DNA from: a virus
Direction: 5' to 3' (one strand)
Length of the DNA: 64,000 bases
IMG/VR virus record: IMGVR_UViG_3300031999_000008
Coordinates: 1 to 64,000 of that record
Part shown: positions 19,502-28,032 of the stretch, in pieces
Layout of the letters: each line of letters starts with the position of its first letter
Numbering within the stretch: position 1 is the stretch's first letter
Program-made: the position numbers and the translations under genes
Notes under the pieces: model-generated
Told to the model about the DNA's origin: nothing
Databases searched by the model: none
What the model saw: only the letters and a program-made list of their open reading frames with translations

Positions 19502-21232
19502 ATGTCTGAACCAGGAATCGCGGATCTAGCAGGCGGCGGGGCACGCGGCGGCGGTAGCCATCCCAACCCAATGTTCGATTTTATTACGGGCTTTGCCCCC
19601 CGTAAGCTCAAGGACCTATTTCGCTGGGTTGAGTACCTTTACTACAACTCAGCCCACATTTTCGCAGCGTTAAAGAAGTTCTCGGAATACCCGATTACGG
19701 AAGTCTCGATCAAGTCGAATGACGAGTCTTTAACACAAAATTGGGAACGCGTACTTAACAAATCGATCAAGATAAAGAACATAGCCATTGCTACGGGCCT
19801 GGACCTCCACCTGTATGGCAACTCGTTTATCTCGGTTTACCAGCCGTTCAACAGATTTCTAATCTGCACGAAATGCAACGCGCGTACGGGTGTCCGCAAG
19901 GTCAAGTACAAATTCAATCTCAAATCCCTGAGCTTCAACTATCACTGTCCAGGGTGTCACTCCGCTGTCTCTGGCAAAATGCATGACGAGAAGGCCGCGG
20001 ACGAAACTCGGATAAATATTATCCGTTGGGACCCGAAGTTAATCGACATCAACCACAACCCCATCACCGGGGAGTCTATCTACTACTACACGATCCCCCA
20101 AGACTTAAAGCACAAAGTCGAAAAGGGTGACGCGCACATCATCAACACGATGCCGATTGAGTTCCTGAAGGCTATCAAAGATAACAAGGTCTTTGAATTT
20201 GCTGAAGGCCAAGTCTATCACATGAAGATAGACCCCCCAGCGGGCATCTCGTCGCAATGGGGATTTCCGCCTCTTACAACCACTATCAAACTATTCTTCT
20301 ACACAGCAGTGTTGCGTAAGGCTAACGAAGCCATCGCGTTTGAACACATTGTACCGTTTAGAGTACTACATCCTGCACCCGTCAGCGGCGCTGCTGATCC
20401 CGCCCAGATGATAAATCTGATGAAATGGCGGCAGGAGCTCACCGCAAATATCAAGCGTTGGCGGCGAGATCCTTTGCACATCATGTTCGCCCCTGCGGCC
20501 CTTGGCGTAACCATGATGGGCGGCCAGGGTCGCTCATTACTGACCCTCGGCGAGATTAAAGAAGCCGAAGAGGAAATCATCGCAGCTATGGGAATTCCGC
20601 GAGAATTCTTGTATGGCGGACTTTCCTTTAGCGGCTCGTCTATTACGCTGCGTATGCTTGAAAATCAGCTTGAAACGTATACGTCGCACCTCAACGAACA
20701 ACTGAATTGGATTATCAAGCAGACTTCGAAGATCCTCGGTTGGAAAACGGCAGAAGCTGAGTATCTGCCGTTCAAGCTCGTCGATGATACGGTGCAAAAG
20801 CAAATGGAACTGCAGTTGCAACAAATAACAGGGAACATGATTTCCAATACGTCGTTGCTCGAAGTTAGTGACCGGGACATCAACGAAGAACGTGAGAAGC
20901 GTAAGCAAGAAGCGCTTGACGAAGCGCGTATGCAACAAGATTTGCAACTGCAAATTCAGAAGATGCAGACATCAATTACGTCGCAAGCCCAGCAAGAATC
21001 TGCAAACGGGCAGGGATTGTCATATAACCCTACGGCTGTAATCGCCCAAGCGGAACAATTAGTACAGCAAATCAGCCAATCCGACCCCGCTACGCAGAAA
21101 TCCATGCTGTCGCAGCTATCCCAAGAAGACCCCGTCATGTATGCTGTCGTGAAAGACCGTTGGCAAACAATGCAAACGGTACAGAAACAACAAGCAACAG
21201 CCACAATGGCTAATGGGGCCGCACCGCAATGA
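19502..21232 (+). CDS. Portal protein (putative) with Zn-finger insert and Gln-rich C-terminus
   Basis: Size, helical pattern, YGNSF and GIPREFL portal-like motifs, CxxC..CxxC, late-strand position. Confidence 0.7.
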   Translation: MSEPGIADLAGGGARGGGSHPNPMFDFITGFAPRKLKDLFRWVEYLYYNSAHIFAALKKFSEYPITEVSIKSNDESLTQNWERVLNKSIKIKNIAIATGLDLHLYGNSFISVYQPFNRFLICTKCNARTGVRKVKYKFNLKSLSFNYHCPGCHSAVSGKMHDEKAADETRINIIRWDPKLIDINHNPITGESIYYYTIPQDLKHKVEKGDAHIINTMPIEFLKAIKDNKVFEFAEGQVYHMKIDPPAGISSQWGFPPLTTTIKLFFYTAVLRKANEAIAFEHIVPFRVLHPAPVSGAADPAQMINLMKWRQELTANIKRWRRDPLHIMFAPAALGVTMMGGQGRSLLTLGEIKEAEEEIIAAMGIPREFLYGGLSFSGSSITLRMLENQLETYTSHLNEQLNWIIKQTSKILGWKTAEAEYLPFKLVDDTVQKQMELQLQQITGNMISNTSLLEVSDRDINEEREKRKQEALDEARMQQDLQLQIQKMQTSITSQAQQESANGQGLSYNPTAVIAQAEQLVQQISQSDPATQKSMLSQLSQEDPVMYAVVKDRWQTMQTVQKQQATATMANGAAPQ

Positions 21233-21738
21233 AAGATTTCATGAAGGCGCTTGAAGAAGCGCAGAAACTACCTGATTTATCAGATAATGAAAGCCCTATC
21301 CCGGACCTACTCCGAGGCGCGGACTTAGATCGGGCAGTACGCACTGTTGCGCCCGGTACCCCCGGCAAAGTAACGGGTGCCAACGAGTTTAATTTCGAAT
21401 ACCGTTGTGCGCGTCTTCAAATCGGTAAAGAATTGATTGGCTTCGAGAACGGACAGGCGCAGTTTAGCGATATTGACGAATCTGACCGTCTTAAAGAAAT
21501 CATGGACATGTCCTTGTCTGGTGAAGCAGTTGTATCTAAAAAGACAGAGACATTTCTAAAAGACGGTACAGTTATCATCTGGCTAGAGTGGCTAGAACCT
21601 AAAAAGTCCGTAGCTAAAAAAGATCGGGAATTTCTTACGACCCCCGAACTTCTTAGCCCCGTTCGACTAACCGATAGTGATACAGACTCGGATAGCGATA
21701 CGGACGCGGACTACTCTGACACTGACGATGACAATTGA
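21229..21738 (+). CDS. Hypothetical protein with acidic DS/DT tail
   Basis: ATGA-coupled to the portal gene. Confidence 0.7.
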   Translation: MKDFMKALEEAQKLPDLSDNESPIPDLLRGADLDRAVRTVAPGTPGKVTGANEFNFEYRCARLQIGKELIGFENGQAQFSDIDESDRLKEIMDMSLSGEAVVSKKTETFLKDGTVIIWLEWLEPKKSVAKKDREFLTTPELLSPVRLTDSDTDSDSDTDADYSDTDDDN

Positions 21739-21816
21739 GTCCCTATCCGAACGTCACCCCGAATAGGGGCTTACCTCATTCGCCGAAAGGACGAACGGGC
21801 TTGACGTGTACTGCCA

Positions 21817-22542
21817 TCAGCTCTCTCCTGCTGGAGACAGTGTTTGTGCCACCAGCTGCTGTATTTTCTCAATGTCCGTGTGTTTCACGGCAGGGTTTGA
21901 AATAGAGCGCTTAGGGTGGGGCGGCTGACTGGATCGTTGTGGGGGTCGGTTAGACGGCCTCGAAGCCTGATCCTGTTGGAAACAGTGTTGGCAGAATTTC
22001 CGACTCCCATGTACCCATTGAAGCCCCCGGTACAATACGGGTGCGACCTCGCTCAACACGACGGTCTGCACTTTGGGACATCGGGTACACCCGAATGTCT
22101 CAACAATAATGTTTTCCCAACCACGGGGATTTTTCTTACGAAGAAAATCCACCGTTTCCTGCGTAGGATCACGCAGCCACACGCCGATTTCGGTGACCCG
22201 AAAGCACGTGCAGAACTCTTCCATGTGCACAGGCAATTCCCGTACACACAACGAACAGTAGGCGCGCGTTTCACGCCCTACATCCAGCCCCCAGATGATC
22301 CGGTAAAACTGCGCCAGCTCACATAGCTGCGTTACCGTAAAGTCTCGTCCCCCTTTGTGACAGTTCACTTGGGCCTGTTCGTAGGCCCCCCGACTTACTT
22401 CTTTGACGATCATCATCGCCATGCGCTGATCAACCCCCGCAAACAGCTCCGCCAAGAGCAGTGCTTGCTGATTCAGCTTTACTAGCGCCTCGTAGCTAGC
22501 AGTTTCCAATCCGTCCTCCTCTTTCAAGTAAGCAGGCACCAT
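21817..22542 (-). CDS. Cys-rich (Zn-finger) early protein
   Basis: CSLC..CTC, CTRC..CQHC; the listed GTG at 22569 lies inside a promoter-like GGTAAAAG, so ATG 22542 is preferred. Confidence 0.65.
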   Translation of the reverse strand: MVPAYLKEEDGLETASYEALVKLNQQALLLAELFAGVDQRMAMMIVKEVSRGAYEQAQVNCHKGGRDFTVTQLCELAQFYRIIWGLDVGRETRAYCSLCVRELPVHMEEFCTCFRVTEIGVWLRDPTQETVDFLRKKNPRGWENIIVETFGCTRCPKVQTVVLSEVAPVLYRGLQWVHGSRKFCQHCFQQDQASRPSNRPPQRSSQPPHPKRSISNPAVKHTDIEKIQQLVAQTLSPAGES

Positions 22543-22575
22543 AAAGGTGTCTACATATACTTTTACCACTAACAG

Positions 22576-22605
22576 TTGCTGTATTAGGAGCGGACCGCGT
22601 ATACT
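22576..22605 (+). promoter_or_regulatory. Sigma70-like promoter for the RNAP operon
   Basis: TTGCTG-N18-TATACT, 9 nt before the ATG. Confidence 0.5.
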
Positions 22606-22614
22606 AGGGCAGCT

Positions 22615-25600
22615 ATGCCGCCCAAATTACAGCCTTTATTAGCCGATGCCGACGAACGCCGTGAGCAGATTCGTCAGAAGACAATGGCAGGTCTCAACGC
22701 ATTGTTTCCTCTTGTAGGGAAAAACTCGACGGTCGAGATAAAGGATATTGGCATATCCAAAAAAGATTACTCTCAGGCAGAGCAAAAAGAAGCGCTGATG
22801 AGCGGGCGTACGCTACACGAAGCCATCCAAGGCACCATGGTTCTACGCGATAACCGTACGGGTAAAGTGTTAGACCAGCAAAAGCGAACGCTATTACACC
22901 TACCGTATTTTACTAAGCGTTACACGTTTATCGTTGGCGGTATTGAGTATGATATCCCGAGTCAGTTGCGCCTCAAGCCGGGTGTGTATACCCGCGAACG
23001 CAACAACGGTGAATACGAAGCAGCCTTCAATTTGAGCAAAGGTTCGAACTTTCGTCTCTCGATGGAACCGGAGTCAGGCCGGATTCATATGGAGTTAGGC
23101 GCTTCAAAGATCCCGTTATACTCGTTATTACGCTCACTCGGCGTGCCTGATACGGAAATCAAATCGTACTGGGGTACGGAGCTCAAGGACGTAAACGCCG
23201 CCTCGTCTAAGGACAAAGAAGAGATCATACTCAATAAAATACTGCTGAAAATTAAACGTCCCCGCGATGTACTGCCTACGACCTTAGAAGGTAAGCGCGA
23301 GTTCGTACATAATTACTTCGATAATACCGCGATGGATCCTGAGGTCAATGCGCGCACCCTCGGCAAGCCATTAGCGAAGGCCAACGCTACCGCTCTGCTT
23401 ACCGCTTCCAAGAAGCTCATAGACGTACAGAAAGGGTTGGCTGACGAAGACGACCGCGATAGTCTTGAATTCAAGACGATACATTCCGCGGATGACTTCT
23501 TTAAAGAGCGTTTGGATATCGATGCAAAGCGCACGATTGCCAAAAAGCTCACCATGCGTCTCAATCAGGCTAAAGAAAATGACCTGAAAACAATCATACC
23601 TAATTCAGTGTTTACCAAATCTATCAATTCATTCTTGACTAGTGCCGCTATTTCTTCGAGTCCTACCCAAATCAACCCCATGGAGATTATTGACCATGCG
23701 GGTAAAATAACGTCACTCGGCGAAGGCGGCATTACTAACGACCGCGCTGTGCCTTACGAATCGCGTAAGGTCCATAATACCCACTTTGGTATCCTCGATC
23801 CTGTACGTACCGCAGACGGTGCCAACGCGGGTATTGTGATCCACAGCAGTTTGTCAGGGCACCGCGACGCGGCTGGCAATATGTACGCGTATATGAAAGA
23901 TATGCGTACAGATAAAATGACGCACGTGCCCGTCATGACTTTAGCCAAAAGTGTTGTTGGGTTTTCTAACCAAGAACACCGTACGCACTGGGACGCGATT
24001 AAAGGCTCGGAAACGGTATCCGTACCGAAAAAAGATGTCGATTACATGATGCCGGATTCCATGTACATGCTGGGTCCCGCAACGTCATTGGTTCCCTTTC
24101 TAAATGGCATGCAGGGAAACCGCGCCATTATGGGATCTAAATTCCAGACACAGGCGCTGCCCTTAATCGAACGCGAAGCGCCGTACGTGCAAGCGATGGG
24201 CCCCTATAAGGGGGTCAGCATGGAAAAAGAATTAGCCATGCTAGTATTGCCCACATCCCCCGTACATGGGACCGTGGACCACATTGACGAACACTATATA
24301 CATATTCGTCCCGACAAAGAGAAGACCGCAGCGGCAGGTCCTACGCTTATCAAAGTGCCTTACAGCACGTATTTTCCATTAGCGTCTAAAACGTACCTAC
24401 ATGATGATCTCAACGTCAAAGCCGGCGACAAGGTAAAGAAAGACCAGACGCTAGCAGACTCGAATTTTACGAAGCACGGAGCGCTAGCGCTAGGTAAGAA
24501 CCTGTCCGTCGCGTACATGGCTTATTACGGCAAGAATTCTAACGACGCTGTTGTAATTAGCGAAGACGCGTCGAAAAAGCTGATCTCAGAACACATGTAT
24601 AAGGAATCTTTGCAAAAAGGCCCCGACGTAGTCTTGGGCAAAGCCAAATACGTTGCGTATTTCGGTGTCCAATACACTGAAGAACAGTTAAACAAACTGG
24701 ACGACGCGGGCGTAGCTAAGAAAGACGCGCACCTCAATAAAGGTGACCCTGTGATCCTGGGACTGCGTAAAGCCGCGCCTACGCCTGAGTCTGCGCTGTT
24801 AGGCAATTTTCATAAGTCGTTGGTGAGGCCGTACCGCGACGTAACCGTAACGTGGGACCATGATTCCCCCGGCGTGGTTCAGGACGTAGCCAATGTGGCA
24901 CGTCAGGTCATGGTCACCGTACGTACGCAAGAAGTAATGAAAGTGGGCGATAAACTCGCTAATCGGTTTGGTGGTAAAGGTGTTGTCTCCGAGATCGTCC
25001 CCAACGAACGCATGGTTAAGGACGAGAGCGGTAAGCCTATCGACGTACTATTTACTTCCGCGGGCATCGTTAGCCGTATTAACCCCAACCAAGTCGTGGA
25101 AGCCGCTCTCGGTAAAGTCGTTGAGAAGACGGGTAAGCCTATCGTCGTACCCCAGTTTAACCCTGAAGATAACGTTAAATACGCAAAGAGACTGCTTAAA
25201 GAACACGGTATTAAAGACAAAGAAACTGTGTACGACCCCGTTTCCGGCAAGCACATTCCCAACATATTCGTTGGGCGCTCATTTATACACAAGCTATTCA
25301 AGTCCACAGAGACTAACTATTCCGCACGCGGTGTGTCCGCCTATGACATCAATCTCCAGCCTACCAAAGGCGGGGATGAGGGTGCCAAAGGTCTCGGGCG
25401 TATGGAAATAAACGCACTTCTTGCGCATAATGCACGTAACGTTCTGAAAGAATCACTCACTCTAAAAAGCGAGAAAAGCGATGACTTCTGGCGTGCGTAC
25501 GAATTTGGCTTGCCGGCTCCGCCGCCTAAGACGCCATTTGTTTCTGAAAAATTCATGGCGATGCTTAAAGGGGCGGGGATAAATATACAGAAAGAAGGCC

Positions 25601-27009
25601 CGCACGTCACACTCGGGCCCATGACGGATAAGACTGTGAAAGAACTCTCTTCCGGCGCTTTAAGTGTTCCGAGTCTAGAGAAGTCCAAATCGTTCATGGT
25701 TAACGCCAAGAATATGAGCCCCGAAGACGGAGGGCTATTCGATCCTGCTCTAACCGGCGGCATGGGTGGCACGAAGTGGTCTCATATGGCGCTTAGTGAA
25801 CCTATCGTGAATCCTATTTTTGAGGATTCGGTGCGGCGTCTGTTGAGCATGTCGAAGAAACAACTGCGCGAAGAAATTGGTAAAGTAGGCGGAGGCGGGA
25901 TCAAGTCCCAGTTAAATAAACTGGACCTGACAAAGCTAGCCCAAGACTTGCGAGAACAGACCAAGTCTAAGCGGGGGTCTGATCTAGATAACGCAGTAAA
26001 AAAGCTCAAATATGTAGAAGCGTTAAAGGCCGGTGGTTTCTCGAAAGCTGGTGACGCATACACCTTGAGCAACTTAGCGGTAGTGCCTCCTGTGATGCGT
26101 CCTATTCTGCCGTCGAATAAGGGCAACGAGTTGCAGATATCCGATATCAATTATCTATATCGAGATGTCGGGCTTGCGAGCTCAGCACTCGCTAACAGTA
26201 AAGAAACTGAAGTGCCTTCGCTTATGCAAGAAGCCAGGCACCATTTGCATGACACGGTAGGCGCCCTATTCGGGGTACAAAAACCGACGAGTCCGCAGCT
26301 CTTGGGGCGTGAGGCAAAAGGCTTCATTGAACAGATCACAGGATCTGGCTCACCCAAAAGCGGTTTCTTGCACAAGAAAATTCTCAAGAGACAACAAGAC
26401 TTATCCGGTCGCGCTACAGCGACGCCTGACGCCACTCTCAACATCGACCAAATCGGTGTGCCAGAGGACATGCTCTGGACTACTTACTCTAAATTCATAA
26501 TGCGTGGGCTTATCAACCAAGGCTACAAACCGCTAGACGCACGGGAGATGATTGAAAATCGGCACGTAGCTGCACAGAACATTCTCAACAGAGAAATTAC
26601 ACAACGGCCCATGTTCGTGAACCGTGCACCGTCCCTCCACAAGCACAATGTGGTCGCAGCGTACCCTGTGTCTGTTCCGGGTAAGTCTCTCCGCGTCAAT
26701 CCGTTTATGGAAACCGGCATGAACCTGGATTACGACGGGGACGCTATGCAGCTCTACGTGCCCGTGTCGGAACCGGCTGTTGAAGAAGCGCGCAACCTGA
26801 CGCTCTCCAACCTGTTGTTCAGTGACAAGAATCCTAACGATCTCATGGTCTTTCCGCAGCACGAGGCCATTCTAGGTACTTACCTTGCGACGCACCACAA
26901 AGATGCCGGCCCTGTGCGTAAGTACAAAACAAAGAAAGAAGCGATGGCCGCTTACCATAGTGGGGAGATCACTATGAATACTCCTGTCGAAATACTAGAA
27001 TCGGCCTAG
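22615..27009 (+). CDS. rpoB-rpoC1: DNA-directed RNA polymerase, beta subunit fused to the N-terminal half of beta'
   Basis: beta motifs SQLRLKPGVY, GDKLANRFGGKG, SRIN, LGRMEINAL, GINI (~25590); beta' motifs VPPVMRP, SDINYLY, SGR, NRAPSLH and catalytic NLDYDGD (26722-26742). Confidence 0.95.
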   Translation: MPPKLQPLLADADERREQIRQKTMAGLNALFPLVGKNSTVEIKDIGISKKDYSQAEQKEALMSGRTLHEAIQGTMVLRDNRTGKVLDQQKRTLLHLPYFTKRYTFIVGGIEYDIPSQLRLKPGVYTRERNNGEYEAAFNLSKGSNFRLSMEPESGRIHMELGASKIPLYSLLRSLGVPDTEIKSYWGTELKDVNAASSKDKEEIILNKILLKIKRPRDVLPTTLEGKREFVHNYFDNTAMDPEVNARTLGKPLAKANATALLTASKKLIDVQKGLADEDDRDSLEFKTIHSADDFFKERLDIDAKRTIAKKLTMRLNQAKENDLKTIIPNSVFTKSINSFLTSAAISSSPTQINPMEIIDHAGKITSLGEGGITNDRAVPYESRKVHNTHFGILDPVRTADGANAGIVIHSSLSGHRDAAGNMYAYMKDMRTDKMTHVPVMTLAKSVVGFSNQEHRTHWDAIKGSETVSVPKKDVDYMMPDSMYMLGPATSLVPFLNGMQGNRAIMGSKFQTQALPLIEREAPYVQAMGPYKGVSMEKELAMLVLPTSPVHGTVDHIDEHYIHIRPDKEKTAAAGPTLIKVPYSTYFPLASKTYLHDDLNVKAGDKVKKDQTLADSNFTKHGALALGKNLSVAYMAYYGKNSNDAVVISEDASKKLISEHMYKESLQKGPDVVLGKAKYVAYFGVQYTEEQLNKLDDAGVAKKDAHLNKGDPVILGLRKAAPTPESALLGNFHKSLVRPYRDVTVTWDHDSPGVVQDVANVARQVMVTVRTQEVMKVGDKLANRFGGKGVVSEIVPNERMVKDESGKPIDVLFTSAGIVSRINPNQVVEAALGKVVEKTGKPIVVPQFNPEDNVKYAKRLLKEHGIKDKETVYDPVSGKHIPNIFVGRSFIHKLFKSTETNYSARGVSAYDINLQPTKGGDEGAKGLGRMEINALLAHNARNVLKESLTLKSEKSDDFWRAYEFGLPAPPPKTPFVSEKFMAMLKGAGINIQKEGPHVTLGPMTDKTVKELSSGALSVPSLEKSKSFMVNAKNMSPEDGGLFDPALTGGMGGTKWSHMALSEPIVNPIFEDSVRRLLSMSKKQLREEIGKVGGGGIKSQLNKLDLTKLAQDLREQTKSKRGSDLDNAVKKLKYVEALKAGGFSKAGDAYTLSNLAVVPPVMRPILPSNKGNELQISDINYLYRDVGLASSALANSKETEVPSLMQEARHHLHDTVGALFGVQKPTSPQLLGREAKGFIEQITGSGSPKSGFLHKKILKRQQDLSGRATATPDATLNIDQIGVPEDMLWTTYSKFIMRGLINQGYKPLDAREMIENRHVAAQNILNREITQRPMFVNRAPSLHKHNVVAAYPVSVPGKSLRVNPFMETGMNLDYDGDAMQLYVPVSEPAVEEARNLTLSNLLFSDKNPNDLMVFPQHEAILGTYLATHHKDAGPVRKYKTKKEAMAAYHSGEITMNTPVEILESA

Positions 27010-27022
27010 TATCGAGGCACCC

Positions 27023-27346
27023 ATGCCCTTCAAGAGTGAGAGACAAAGACGTCTGTTCCATGTCAAAGCCGACAAGGGTGAAATCCCCCAATCAACGGTT
27101 AGCGAGTGGGAACACGCTACTAAAAATAAGAAGGCCCTCCCTGAGCACGTAGCTAAGGAAGCCTACGCTCAAGGCAAAAGAGCAGCAGCTGTCAAAGTAG
27201 GCTTCATGGAAGACGTAGATCCTGAAGACTTACCTGCGCCGTTAAAGCATCGTAAAGAAAAATATCTACGTGAGTTGTATCGACTAAACGCAGCCACGGG
27301 ATTGCCTGCTGGCGGACTTATTTCGGAGGATTCCCGTGAAAGCTAA
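27023..27346 (+). CDS. Small virion-type protein (MPFKSERQRR start, internal leader-like motif)
   Basis: Contains KEAYAQGKRAAAVKVG. Confidence 0.7.
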   Translation: MPFKSERQRRLFHVKADKGEIPQSTVSEWEHATKNKKALPEHVAKEAYAQGKRAAAVKVGFMEDVDPEDLPAPLKHRKEKYLRELYRLNAATGLPAGGLISEDSRES

Positions 27347-27803
27347 GACGTCTATGTTCGCAGTTGTGGCTATGGCCTCGTTTCTGTTGGCTGGTTGTGA
27401 CTTCCTAAAAACAACGACGGGCCAAGCCATCATGGACTACGTACTTCAAGCGGTTGTTCTTATCGTGACGCCTGTCGTGTTACTGCTCGCTAAACGCGTT
27501 GTACAGATTGTCGAACAAAAGACAGGTTTAGCCGCTTCAGCGCACCAGCTAGCCCTCGTAGACGACGCTGTGTATAAAGGCGTTGCCTACGCGGAAGAGC
27601 AGGGCCGTAAAGCCTTTAAAGTCAACGAGCCTATTCCTGACGGGAATATGAAGCGGCAAATGGCAACTGAATTTGCATTGGATATGGTAAAGAACCACAA
27701 TGCAGCCGAAATTAGCCGCGACTACCTACTGAAGATGGTCGAAGCACACGTAAACCTTGCCCGGGATCCCGCCGATAAGAAGGTAGCCAATGCGCCTGTA
27801 TAA
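27336..27803 (+). CDS. Holin-like membrane protein (LL-H type) with lipobox
   Basis: Signal peptide ending LAGC, a TM helix, and V..AEEQ..G..K motif. Confidence 0.55.
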   Translation: MKAKTSMFAVVAMASFLLAGCDFLKTTTGQAIMDYVLQAVVLIVTPVVLLLAKRVVQIVEQKTGLAASAHQLALVDDAVYKGVAYAEEQGRKAFKVNEPIPDGNMKRQMATEFALDMVKNHNAAEISRDYLLKMVEAHVNLARDPADKKVANAPV

Positions 27804-28032
27804 CCATGGCCGTAGAGCGCTACTCATGAAGCTAGGGCTCGACGCCGAAGCGTTCACCCAAATGGTTCAACAAGACGATACTGCTGACTTCGTAAATCAA
27901 AATACGACGTCTAAAGACATGAACCAGAATCTGGATAAAGCGCCTGCATGGGGTAGCCAGAGCTCCATGGAAGCTGGCGACGCAGGCACTCGCAATTACC
28001 AGATGGGTCTTCCTCGCGCAGGCGCGGTGTAG
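27790..28032 (+). CDS. Small leader-bearing cargo protein
   Basis: N-terminus YNHGRRALLMKLG. Confidence 0.65.
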   Translation: MRLYNHGRRALLMKLGLDAEAFTQMVQQDDTADFVNQNTTSKDMNQNLDKAPAWGSQSSMEAGDAGTRNYQMGLPRAGAV

